From Octopus sinensis (Eukaryota), in NCBI RefSeq assembly GCF_006345805.1, contig NC_043005.1:19220001-19284000 (forward strand): a stretch of 64,000 nt of DNA, in the 5' to 3' direction. The notes under the pieces were generated by a model. The model searched no databases, had not been told where the DNA came from, and was given only the letters and a program-made list of their open reading frames with translations. Both the position numbers and the translations under genes were made by a program. Of the stretch, positions 51,735 to 64,000 are shown one piece after another. How positions within the stretch are numbered: the first letter of the stretch is position 1; each line of letters begins with the position of its first letter.

Positions 51735-52665
51735 TTTGCGCGGCATTTTGAGCCAGTGTTTTCTACTATAACCTTTGGCAGACCATGCTTTATGAGTGAA
51801 TTCGGTAGATGGTAACTGTGTGGAAGCCCGCCGTGTGCGTGTGTGTGTGTATACATGTGTGTGGATATATACGCGTATGTGTGTATATATATGTGTGTGT
51901 ATATATATGTGTGTGTGTGTATGTGTGTATATATGTCTGTGTGTATATATATTCGTGTGTATATATATGTGTGTGTACATATGTGTGTGTATATATGTGT
52001 GTGTATATATGTGTGCATATGTGTGTATATATATATGTGTGTGTGTGTGTATGTATGTATATATGTGTGTGTATATGTGTGAGTATATATATGTGTGTGT
52101 ATATATGTGTGTCTATGTGTGTGTATATATATGTGTTTATGTGTGTATGTGAGTATGTATATATGTGTGTGTGAAGGCACATGGCTTAGTGGTTACGGCA
52201 TTCAGGATCGTGAGTTCGATTTCCCGCGGTGCGTTGTGTCCTTGTGCAAGACCCTTTATTTTCACTTTGCTGGCAAAAGTGAGTTGTACCTTGTCGCATT
52301 CGATGTCATGCTGAACTTCCCCAAAATCTACGTTAAGGGTGCCCGTGTCTGTGGAATCCTCAGCCACTTGCACGTTAATTTCATGAGCAGGCTCTTCCGT
52401 TGATCGGATAAACTGGAACCCTCGTCGTCGTAACCGACGGAATACTATGTATGTGTGTGTGTGTGTGTCTACTCCGCCGCTTGACAACCGGTGTTAGTTT
52501 CTTTACGTCCCCGTGACTGTCTTAACAGTTTGGCAAAAAGCGAGAGACAGAGTAAGCACCAGACTTCAAAAAAGTACTGTGGTTGATTTGCTTGACTAAA
52601 CCCTCCAGGCGGTGCTCCAGTATGGCCGCTATCTACCGACTGAAATACGTAAAAGACAAAAAATA
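51735..52665 (+). mobile_element. SINE family A copy split by a ~340-bp TG/TA expansion and a nested tRNA-headed SINE (52173-52442)
   Basis: A-type 5' part at 51735-51835; A-type tail resumes ~52450; the insert has head catggcttagtgg...gagttcgatttccc and a family B tail. Confidence 0.75.
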
Positions 52666-52744
52666 AATAAAGGATAGTTTACCTAGGTCTACGGTATAGA
52701 GAGTGTAATTTCTAATTTATAAGATGTTAAGGTATGTTATAAAG

Positions 52745-53420
52745 AATAGATTTGGCTGCTATTTCTAGCATAGATTCGGGGATCGCCTTGCCACATTGGT
52801 ATTGTTGTTGTTCAGCCCTAAATCAGTATGACTATGAACTTCCGTCCTTTGTTGATCATCCTGTTCCATTGTATAGCAGGGACCACACTGTCCAATGTAT
52901 CTGTCTTTATTTATTATTCGCAGGAGGGAATTTAGCTGCTATCTCTAGCGGGTTTTGCGATCACATTTCTGTTGAAATTGAAAATATTATCTGTCTCATG
53001 TATGGCAGAGTTGATGTTGAAGTTGTTTAACTCAGATGCTTCAGATTGAGCAGAACTCTGATCAAAAGCGTTCCAGACGAGACCATCCTTTAATTTTTCT
53101 AGACAGTGTATCCCAGACTGCATTATTCAATGTACTCTTCCCTTTTATTTTCTTAAAATGCTAGGGTGTGATTTGAGGGAAATCTGGCTGCTATTTCTAG
53201 CGGGTCAAGTCTCTCCGTAGAAGTTACTGTTATTGTTTAGTCCCAAGTCAGCTCGGATCCAACAGATATAATATCGAAAGCGTTCCAGCTTTGGCCTCTC
53301 TGTCTTTTTTTTCAAACAGCATGTTTCTAGATTTAGATCTACATAATTCAAAACTTCTTTCTCTTTCTTTTAAGACAATGTAATTTAAAAGAGATTTAGC
53401 TGCTATTTCTAGCAAATCGA
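52745..53420 (+). repeat. Local array of 4-5 diverged family E units
   Basis: gatttggctgctatttctag-like motif recurs at ~52749, ~52929, ~53181 and ~53392. Confidence 0.7.
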
Positions 53421-55811
53421 CTAATCACATTAACACAAATCTAGATGCTTTTGTTGGATGTAAATTAATGAACATTTTTTTGTTTTTGTTTCTTTTCTTA
53501 TTTTCATTAAAAATATACAACAGATGTGCACTAGACAGGAACATGAGATTTTAGATCGCCTGAAAATCACACTTTAACAGATTAACAACAACAAACAGGG
53601 GGAACACATAGGCTAATGCAGAGCTAAATATGTTGTCTGAAATAATTCGATGCGATGATCATGGCTGGAGCCTTGATCAATCTAAGGCCTATTGTTGCTG
53701 TACCAGGACTGATCTATTACTAATTATAAACATTAACACATATTTGACTGAAATACATCATGAAGTGAATTAATTAATAATTTTCCGTATTAAACTTTTA
53801 ACTACTTTCAATTTGTTTAAATATTAACATATCAAAACATTTGTTAAAGTTATTTCATAACTCTTACCTTGCTCTTGATGAAGAAAAAACAAAAATCGAA
53901 AAAAAATCCGCAAGACTTGCTTCGATAAATATTTCCAATGGGTTTTTGCAATTGGTTTTAAAATACCATAGGAATGTTTTGATTAAAGTTTTCCACGTGT
54001 GTATGTAATTCAAGAAGAATGCAGTTGATTAAAAGTTTGGTTAAATATTGGTCAAAATGTAACAATAATAATAAAAAAAATAATAATACACATTAAGTAC
54101 ACACAAAACAGCGTTGTTGACTCTTCTTCGTTAGAGTTAAATATATATCACAGATCTGCTTGCGTTGAGAATCTTACGTCTGACTGTAAAATATATATTA
54201 CATATACACGAACAGGGCGGTCACTGGTTAAAGCGTGCCTACACAAGTCTTATTTAGAGTATCACAGGTAAAAACAAAACCAAACAAGAATACTCCGCCC
54301 TGACAACATCAGTTTTATTTTTCTTTTATATGTATATTTTCAAAGTGTCTTCAGAGGCGACGATGCACACACAACTGTAACGTAGAATTGTGGATATTGT
54401 TGATGTTGATGTTGAAGTTACTGAAACATGTAGGCATATAGAAGTTGGTGTTTCCTAGTGATGGTCACTAAACCGTAGAATAGTAAAAGAGAGAGATCCA
54501 GTAATATCTTCGACCGGTCACAAAATCCAATCGATACACTGTTACTCACCAAATGAACTGAACTAAATCAAAATGAAAAAATGAAAAATAAAAATTTTAG
54601 AATATGTTAAGTATTTCTCGAAATACAAAATTAAACATTTGAGGTTCTAACTGCATAAATGATTAAATAGTATTGCGACTATGTTTTGTTATGGAACCAG
54701 GTTGTTTAAAGAATTTGTGTTTCCAAAGTTGATATATTTAAACAGAGTTGGATATTCAGTTTACAAGACGAAATGAAAACAAGCAGCTTCAATAATAACT
54801 TATGCGATAACTGCAGGAAACTAAACTAAAATAGAAGAATTGAAATAAAGGGTAATTTCTAGAACACATACATGCATAACATATATTACGTACCACATTC
54901 ATACATATATACGTACATATACATATATGTGTGTGTGTGTGTGTGTGTCTGTTTGTGTGAGTATGTGTGTGTTTCTCTTTTAAGCGGCGTGATTGATCAT
55001 CAGTACGTGAGTGCGTTTATTTCGTTCACGTGTTCCGTCGTATTATGTAAAGCCTAACTTTATGCCCGTGTCTGTGAGTAGTGCGTGCGTGCGTATGTGT
55101 GCGTCTGTGGTATGTGTGAGAGAGTAAGCGACAGTGTATGTGCGCGTACGTGTGTGTGTGTGTGTGTGTGTGTTGTGTGTGCGTGTGTGCATGTTCCTTG
55201 GTACACATACCTACGCATATGTACGTTCATAAAGTATACCTAAGTGTGTAGATGTATGTACGCCCACGCGTCGGTTTGGTGTATGTGCATGTTCGGAACT
55301 GAGCGTGTCCGTGTGTCCTCCCTCATTCCCGTATCCATGTGTGCACGCAGACATGTGTGAGTGTGTATATCTGTATGTATGCACACTCAATTATCATTAT
55401 GCGTCTATATATCTCTAAACATCCGTGTGCGTGTGCATGTATGCATATACCTTTATATATACATACATATGGGCGTGCATGCATCTGTATACGCACGATT
55501 ATTAAAAAAAATATTTAAAATATATATATATATTTATATTCATACTTATATATTTTTTTTCATGCATGCTTATGCTTATAAATATATGCGTGTATAACAA
55601 TATATACGCATGCAAACATGTCTTTATACACCAATGCTTACTCCTGTCTAGAAACACGTTTCTAAGCATGTATAAACGAATGTTTATATGGGTGTATTTT
55701 CTGCGTGCGTGCGCGCGCGCGCGTGTGTGTGTATGTGTGTGAATGGATTGTGCGTGTGTGTGTATGTGTGTGAATGGATTGTGCGTGTGTGCGTATGTGT
55801 GTGTTTGTGCG

Positions 55812-56225
55812 TAGGTGCACCGCAACTTCTTGATTCTGGGTTCAGTTCCACGGCGTGGCACTTAGAACAGGTGACTTCTACTATAACCTCGGACCAACCG
55901 AAGCCTTCAGAGTGGATGTGGTAAACGGAAACTGAAAGAAGCTCATCGTGTGTATGTTAATATATATATATATATATAATATTATATATATATATATATG
56001 TGTGTGTGGTGTGTGTGGTGTGCGTGTCTATGTGAGCCTTTGTATCTGTGTTTTTCCCCGCCACTGCTTGACAACTGGTGGTGGTGCGTTTTTACGCCTC
56101 CGTAACTTAGTTCGGCTAACAAGACCAAGAGAATAAGTTCCTGGTTTCGAAAAGAAAAAAATATAATACTGGAATCAATTCGTTCGACTAAAATTCTCCA
56201 AGGCTGTACCCCAGCCTGGCCGCGT
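55812..56225 (+). mobile_element. Diverged SINE family A copy
   Basis: gggttcagttccacggcgtggcac...ggaaactgaaagaagc...cttgacaac...cagcctggccgc. Confidence 0.75.
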
Positions 56226-56243
56226 ATATATATATATATACAC

Positions 56244-56336
<93 letters not shown>

Positions 56337-56337
56337 A

Positions 56338-56484
56338 CGCCGAGGTCGACTTTGCCTTTCATCCTTTCGGGGGTCGATAAATAAAGTACCAGTTACGCAC
56401 TGGGGTCGATGTAATCGACTCAATCCTTTTGTCTATCTTTGTTTGTCTCCTCTGTGTTTAACCCCTTGTGGGTAGTAAAGAAAT
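56338..56484 (+). mobile_element. 5'-truncated SINE: family C core with a different 3' tail
   Basis: cgccgaggtcgactttgcctttcatcctttcgg...gatgtaatcgact, then tail tttgtctcctctgtgtttaaccccttgtgggtagtaaagaaa. Confidence 0.75.
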
Positions 56485-56557
56485 ATATACATACATACAT
56501 ACATACATACATATACCATACATATATATAATATATATATATATATGTATGTATGTA

Positions 56558-56622
<65 letters not shown>

Positions 56623-56731
56623 TTAAATAATGAGGGTGAAAATTGAATATTAATTTGATTAATATCAATTTAAAACCAGTGGCCTAGCATATTGAAAAAT
56701 CTGAAGATTCAGAAAAATTATATTAAATACG

Positions 56732-56862
56732 TATAAGGAGGATGACCACTAAGTGGACAGCCACTATGCTAGAGAACAATCTTTTCTTAGTGGTCAGACC
56801 ATATGGGAGGGGGGGCTACCTCTAGAATAATGGATGTCCGCTTAGTGGTCATCCCTCTTATA
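56732..56862. mobile_element. MITE-like 131-bp element with ~32-bp imperfect terminal inverted repeats
   Basis: tataaggaggatgaccactaagtggacagcca ... tggatgtccgcttagtggtcatccctcttata. Confidence 0.55.
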
Positions 56863-56870
56863 TGTATCAA

Positions 56871-56904
<34 letters not shown>

Positions 56905-56910
<6 letters not shown>

Positions 56911-57140
56911 CCCCCTTCGGTCATGAATGACCATGGGATTGCACCTAGAAAGTTACCCTCCTAGACACAAGTCCGGGCAAGGTTGTTTATGGAAGACCAG
57001 CAGTCGCCCATGCATACCAGCCTCCCCTCTCCACGCCACCAGTGTTATCCAAGGGAAAGACAAAGGTCGATACAGCTTGGCACCAGTGACGTCGCAACTC
57101 ATTTCTACAGCTGAGTGAACTGGAGCAACGTGAAATAAAT
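56905..57140 (-). mobile_element. SINE body and tail lacking most of its head (family D related)
   Basis: Minus strand cacgttgctccagttcactcagctg..., shared with the 4235-4368 family, running to a GC-rich tail ...catggtcattcatgaccgaaggggg. Confidence 0.6.
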
Positions 57141-57154
57141 ATATATATATATAT

Positions 57155-57198
<44 letters not shown>

Positions 57199-57199
57199 G

Positions 57200-57450
57200 T
57201 TTCTTTATTGGCCACACAGGGCTACACACAGATGGGACAAGTTACAAGGTAGAGCTTTTCTTTTGGGGGAGAAAAAAAATGGTGGCGTAGGTTTTCGATC
57301 AAAAGGAATCGTAAAAGGGAAAAAGAACAAAGAAAAGAAAAAAGAAAAAAAGGAAAAGAAAAAAAGAAAAAAGGGAAAAGGAACAAAAGAAAAGAAAAAT
57401 GTAAAAAAAGAAGAAAAAAGAGGAAAAAAGGGGAAGAGGAAATCTATCTA
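57200..57450 (-). mobile_element. 3'-end fragment of a non-LTR element embedded in (GATA)n
   Basis: Reverse-complement homolog of 61800-61990; ends in aataaagaaa. Confidence 0.7.
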
Positions 57451-57464
57451 ACGTATTGACTCTC

Positions 57465-57556
<92 letters not shown>

Positions 57557-58939
57557 TACATATACACACATACATATATATATACATACATTCCTACATA
57601 CATATATATGCATGTATATATGCATTCATAAGTGTATACGCACTCTGGAAATGTATGTGAAACTTGAATGAATGTATACAACAGTGTAAGTATGTATGTA
57701 TGTATTCCACTAAGCTCCCTCTCTATATATATCTAGATATATGCATTAATGTGTGCATATAAAGAAAGCATGTATGTATCTGTATGTGTATGTGTGTGTG
57801 TGTGTGTTTGCGTGTAAGCAATTACGAGTTGGTTTTATTTGTTATGTATATTTTATACATATCTCTTCATTGTTGTACGTAATATCTACCTTTATTGTTG
57901 TACGTAATATCTACCTTACACAATTAAGGAGGGTATTGGTGTACAAATATCTCTATGTATGTGTTTACATACGCTTGCGTATTCATTGATGAATGTAATA
58001 AATCCATTGATAAATGTAATATATCTAAAATAAGCATACACGTATTCATCGTCTGTGTTAGCTAGCGGTTCGGTGAAACATAGCGATAGAACAGGTGCCA
58101 GACTTTAAAAACACATGCACTAGGGTCGATTTGTTCGGCTAAACCCTTCAAAGCGGTACCCCATGAACTCCGCAATCCAGTAATTGAAATAAGGGCAAAA
58201 GAAATATAATAAAAATAAAAGCATAACATAGTTTAATAGGTGTTCATAAATGCACGAGCATTTGGTTAATTCTTCATGTATCCGTATTTACATCTTATAT
58301 ACATGCGTGTGGGCGTATGAGTGTATATGTGTGTAAGTTTCGATGTGTGTATGTATTTGTATGTATGTACGCATGCATGTTTGTATGTATGTATGTACGT
58401 GCGAGTATGTATGTATGTATGTATGTATGTATGTATGTATGTATGTATATGTATGTATGTATGTATGTACGAGTATGTATGTGTGTACGTACGAGTATAT
58501 ATGTATGTACGAGTATATATGTACGGGTATGTATGTATGTATGTATGTATGTATATTGAATGCATATCGACATGCGTAATTACATGTATACATTCATTGA
58601 TATATTTCTGTTCAGATATATACAAATGTATGCATATTTATACATCGATCGTTTAAAAACGCGCCAAATATTTAAGTATCTCACACACTTTTCGAAAATA
58701 CTGAAACAGTAAACTTATTAAAGTACAAATCAGCTGGTAGCTTCCCGTCTTTGTAAAACCTAGTATTTTTACGATGACCACTTTCTACAATAACAAACAT
58801 AACAAAATGCACCAATAATTAAAAGCAGAAGTAATAAATTTATTGTCTGCGGAGAGAAAAATTTAAGATCTTGAAGGAATTGTCAGCAAATATTTTCAAA
58901 TATATTCTTGTTCACAGATTTTGAAAGAAATGTTGATAT

Positions 58940-59295
58940 CTGTGGTAAGTAGTTTGCTAACCAACCACATGGTTCCGGGTTCAGTCCCACTGCGTGGCAT
59001 CTTGGGCAAGTGTCTTCTGCCGACCAATGCCTTGTGAGTGGATTTGGTAGACGGAAACTGAAAGAAGCCTGTCGTATATATGTATGTGTGTGTATATGTT
59101 TGTCCCCCTAGCATTGCTTGACAACCGCTGCTGGTGTGTTTACGTCCCCGTCACTTAGCGGTTCGGCAAAAGATAACGATTGAATAAGTACTGGGCTTAC
59201 AAAGAATAAGTTCCGGGGTCGATTTGCTCGACTAAAGGCGGTGCTCCAGCATGGCCGCAGTCAAAATGACTGAAACAAGTAAAAGAGTAAAAGAG
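58940..59295 (+). mobile_element. SINE family A copy, same subfamily as 10725-11117
   Basis: Shared diagnostic variants gctaaccaacc, gcatcttggg, ccaatgcctt, ctagcattgc, actgggctt. Confidence 0.9.
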
Positions 59296-59748
59296 AAAAA
59301 AGTATCTGTAGGGGTACTAGTTACTAAAATTGCTCATCATTTTCCTTTTCTCTCCCAAATAACTATGATCCTTTCTTGATACGTTTGTATTTTGGCGGAA
59401 CGAGTTTTGCCGATGGGTATTCTACCATTGTCCCTACTTCTGTTGCAACGCATGTATTTATTAAGTAACAGTCGTGTATTCATGTCCCTATTATGAATGC
59501 ATACCTGAAGGTATTTCTCATTTCTCTCTCCCTTTCGCTGTCTGCCTGTCCGTCTGTCTCCGTCTCTCTCTCTCTCTCTGTATATATATATATACAACTA
59601 AAAATAAGGGTGTCTGAGAGACACCACCATGCCGAAATAGCAGTCAAAAGCCTGACTGTAAAAACCACATTAAATGTTCATATCGTACCATGAGATAAGA
59701 TAGAGGGACAAAATAGACTAGCAGAAAATATTATATCCTTATTTATAA

Positions 59749-59850
<102 letters not shown>

Positions 59851-59872
59851 GTATGTGTGTGTGTGTGCGTGC

Positions 59873-59911
<39 letters not shown>

Positions 59912-60088
59912 TGTGTAAGAATATTATGGCTCTGATGAGGATTGCACTAGTTTATTAAGGTTGTTTAATATCCCTCCAGCGCTCAATGGGACCGCTGGTG
60001 TAAACCGATCATTGAACAAACCTATAATGAATATCGGAAACAGCTGTAAGTCGAATTTACTACCACAAAAGAAAATATAATGACCTTG

Positions 60089-60128
<40 letters not shown>

Positions 60129-60419
60129 AGAGAGAGAGAGAGAGAGAGAGAGAGTTAGAGCGAGAGTGAGAGAGAGACAGAGAGACAGAGAAAGACAGGT
60201 ATACAGACTGACGGAGACAGAGATTTATGTATGTTTGTATGTTGATTCTTTATCTATGTGTTTATAGTTTTTCATTCATATATATTCATTGGCATATATA
60301 TATATATATATTATATATATATATGTATGTATTTATATCTATTTGTGCCTATGTGTTTGTCTATAGTTGTTTGTGTGTATATTTGTTCGTCTGTGTGTAT
60401 GTGGTTCCCGTGTGTTTGT

Positions 60420-61420
60420 GTAGGCGGTCATATGAGGCCTGTTTGTAAGTACGCCCACTCACATAGCAGAGATACAGAGACGGGCCGCGTGTCCGTATTT
60501 TCGGTTTCTGTGTAGGCGAGCGTAAATATACAGTCATGTGTATCCGTGTGTCCATATGTATCTGTGTGGGTGGGCGGACATAAGTTTCAATGTGTTCCTG
60601 AATCCGTGTGTGTATGAGAAGGATACTATATGTGTCTGTGTGTCCGGGTGTCCATGTGCTTGTGTGTGTGTGTGTGGGCAAATGTTTTTCTGTATGCCCA
60701 AGACTCTGTTTCCATGAGCCTGTTTGTCCATGTGAGTGCGTGGGTGTGAGCAGACGTTTTTCTGTATGGTAGTGTGTGGGCCGACGTTTTTCTCTCTCTC
60801 TCCGAGCAGAGATTTTTCTGTGTGTGTGTGTGTGTGGGCAGAGGTTTTTCTGTGTTTGGCGGGGAGACTGTCTGTCTGTATGTTTATGTGCCTGTGACTT
60901 CACATGTACGGTGTATGGGCGGATATGTGTATCCGTTTCTGAATCCGTGAGTCCATACATGTTTGTGTGTATATGTGTGTACATGCGCGGATTTATGTAT
61001 CTGTGTGTCTATGAGACTGTAGGTACATGTGTGTGCGTGGGAGGGCAGGCGGCATGTGATTCTCTGTATCTGTATGTATGTATGTACTGTGATTGGATAT
61101 GTGTTTCCGTGTGTCCCTGGCTCCGTGTGTCCACATGTAATGCTGTGTGTAGGCGGACATGTATTTCTATGTGACTATAAAGTCCGTGTATCGACAGGAA
61201 TTTGTGTGGGCGAATTTGTGTTTTCTGTTTTGTATCCACGTGCCCGTGTGTCCGTATGTGTAGTGCGTGGGCAGACACGACTGTGAGGCGAGGAGTCCGT
61301 GAGTCCATATTTGTTCGTTTGTGTAGGCGAATCTGAGCTTCTGTGTGCCCATGTATTCGTGTGCGTGAATCTCCGTGTTTATGTAAATACTCACACATAC
61401 ACGCGCGTGTATCTGTGTGC
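60420..61420. repeat. Cryptic TG-rich degenerate minisatellite
   Basis: Recurring gtgtgtgggc(a/g)ga..tttttctgtgtg and gtaggcgga motifs. Confidence 0.6.
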
Positions 61421-61799
61421 GAACTTTTGTATGTTTCCGTGTGTGTGTGTGTGTGTGTAAAACTTTAAGCGTGAATATGTGTTAGCCTATCAACTGGTCA
61501 GCCCATGCGTATTACGAATCTAAATGTACTTCTGTGTGTCTATGTATTGTTTGTTCGTCCGTGTCTGTGTGCGTGTCTGTATGTCACTGTGTGTTTGGGT
61601 GTATCAATATACATGTGTATTCCGGTGTGTGTATGTCCATCCGCCAGTGCTTTCTGTTTGTGAATGTATGCATGTGTGTATATATGTATGTATGTGTGTA
61701 TATATGTATGTATGTATCTATCTAGCTATCTATTTCTTTCCACGGGTAAACCTCACCTGTCCTCCCCTTTACACTTTATATCGACATTTCTGTGATAAC

Positions 61800-61990
61800 G
61801 ATCCCTATTGATCGATTTTTTTCCTTTTCCTTTTATTTTTTACCCCACCCTTTTTATTTTGCTTTCCTCTTTCTTTCCTTTTACGATCCCTTTTGATCGA
61901 AAACCAAACCCCCTTTTTTATCCCCAAAAGAAAAGCTCTACCTTGTAATTTGTCCCATCTGTGTGCAGCCCTGTGTGGCTAATAAAGAAA
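61800..61990 (+). mobile_element. 3'-end fragment of a non-LTR element followed by (TATC)n
   Basis: ...aagctctaccttgtaatttgtcccatctgtgtgcagccctgtgtggctAATAAAgaaa, then TATC repeats. Confidence 0.7.
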
Positions 61991-61994
61991 CATT

Positions 61995-62280
<286 letters not shown>

Positions 62281-63169
62281 TATATATATGTATATATATA
62301 TATATATCCGTGTTTATATGCCAGTATATTCGTTACATGTTCATGTATTTATGCAAGTAACTGTATGTATATATCTCTCTGTCCGTCTGTCGGTCCATCC
62401 GTCAGTCTGCATTGTTTGTCTATCTTGTTTACCTGAATCCATGTATGGTTGTTTATATCTATTATTGTTAGTATGTACGCTTGCATGTATGTATGTATGT
62501 ATTATGCATGTATGTATGTTGCTGTGTGTCTGTGAATATGTTTATGCGTGTATCTCTAAGTGAACATGTAACTCGGTGTTTATAAAATGAAAGACATATG
62601 TCCACCTTTATATCTACAAGTGTATGTTCGCCTATGTATGTATGTCCGAATACGTATAAGTACGTGTGCGAAGCGTAAATAACTGAACGTATAATGTATG
62701 CTTGTCCATGTGAATCTATGTATATCCTCTCTGCGTCTAAATACTTCAATGAATATGTTTATGGGAATATGTACGTATATGTCTATATGGATGTGTATCC
62801 GTGTTAATAGGTGTGTGTAGACATTGGCAGGCAAAAGATTGATGCATGAGAAGAGATAGCAGCAGACTACACCGAGTATTAGTCTAAAGACTGCTACAGT
62901 TGTAGAATGCCCGAATCTCTAACACAGGAAATGGTAAAAGACAGGTAAATGTTTCTGTGTATATTTCTCTGCGTGCGTGCGTGCGTGTGTGTGATTGTGT
63001 GTATGTCTGTGTGTGTGTACGTGTACGTGCGTGTATTTGTGTGCGTGTGTACGTGTGTGTGCGTGTGTGCATTCGTATTGTGTTTGTGTGTGTACGCGTG
63101 AGCTGATGTAAAAGAGTTAAAGAAAATGTGTGAATGTGTGTGTGTGTGTGTGTTTCTGTGTGTTTACGT

Positions 63170-63317
63170 GCGCAGGCATGGTTTGTTCTCAACCATATGG
63201 TTCCGGGTTCAGTCCCACTGTGTGGCACCTTGGGTAAATGTCTTCCACTGTAACCTCGGACCGACCAAAGCCTTGTGAATGGATTTGGTAAGACGGAAAC
63301 AGAAAGAAGCCCGTCGG

Positions 63318-63357
<40 letters not shown>

Positions 63358-63635
63358 TTATATGTATGTACGTATATGTGTTTGTGTATGTGTGTGTGTG
63401 TGTATGTGTGTGTCTTTCTGTCTGTGTTTGCCCCCCCCCACCTCTCCGTCGTCGCATGACAACCGATGTTAACGTGTTTACTTCCCCGTAGCTTAGTAGT
63501 TCGCTAAAAATCCGAATAAGTGCTAGGCTTACAAAAGAATAAATCCTGAGGTCGATTTCTTCAACTAAAACCCTTTAAGGTGGTACTCCAGCATGGCCGC
63601 AGTCAAATAACTGAAACAAATAAAAGAATAAAAGA
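63170..63635 (+). mobile_element. SINE family A copy
   Basis: ggttccgggttcagtcccactg...ccagcatggccgcagtcaaataactgaaacaaataaaag. Confidence 0.88.
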
Positions 63636-64000
63636 GGTATATGTATGTGTGTGTCTTGATGTCAGTGTGTGACCCTCTCTCCTTCGTTCTTTCCTTCTCT
63701 CTCTCTCTCTCTTTCGCGATTACTACGAACATTTTTACTCCCTTAATTAGCAGTCATTCTAATAGCTCATTTGTCTTAATAACGGACAATCACACAGTAA
63801 TTTCATTTTGTTTTGACGGTTATTTTCATAGCATTCTTTTCGATGGCCCGATAACTGAAGAGATGCCGGCGTGGGTTTCCGCTCCGACATCTGAAAATCG
63901 GAGTTTTATCGTGGCTACCGAATAATTGTCACATATTATATTTACACACACACTCACACACACACACACACACACAGATATATATATATATATTCTTTTA

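Noticed and set aside
60361-60984. 207-aa His/Thr-rich ORF
   Set aside because: Arises from a CA-rich degenerate repeat with few possible stops; no domain or splice evidence.

Overview
AT-rich, microsatellite- and transposon-dense eukaryotic DNA. The SINE families and repeat texture look like an octopod (Octopus) genome; that is inference from recognition, not a search. The only convincing host coding sequence is the first coding exon of a class A (rhodopsin-like, peptide-receptor-type) GPCR on the minus strand (5145-4878: TM1 and most of TM2). Its later exons are not visible and probably lie left of the window. The other ~59 kb is intronic or upstream DNA. It holds several tRNA-derived SINE families, decayed LINEs (RTE, R4/Dong-like RLE type, a possible L1/Tx1 relic), a Penelope-like RT + GIY-YIG relic, three Tc1/mariner derivatives, a Helitron relic and many simple repeats. 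Nearly all ORF-track entries are microsatellite translations. The most interesting signal is a set of minimal type I hammerhead ribozyme motifs (CUGANGA...GAAAC with a short, often palindromic stem III). They occur in several sequence-unrelated short non-coding elements, repeatedly arranged as fold-back palindromes. One family has a tRNA-like Pol III head and abuts, tail to tail, a Penelope RT/GIY-YIG relic. This suggests a Penelope-mobilised, ribozyme-bearing SINE/retrozyme system. All folds were done by eye and need covariance-model and biochemical confirmation.
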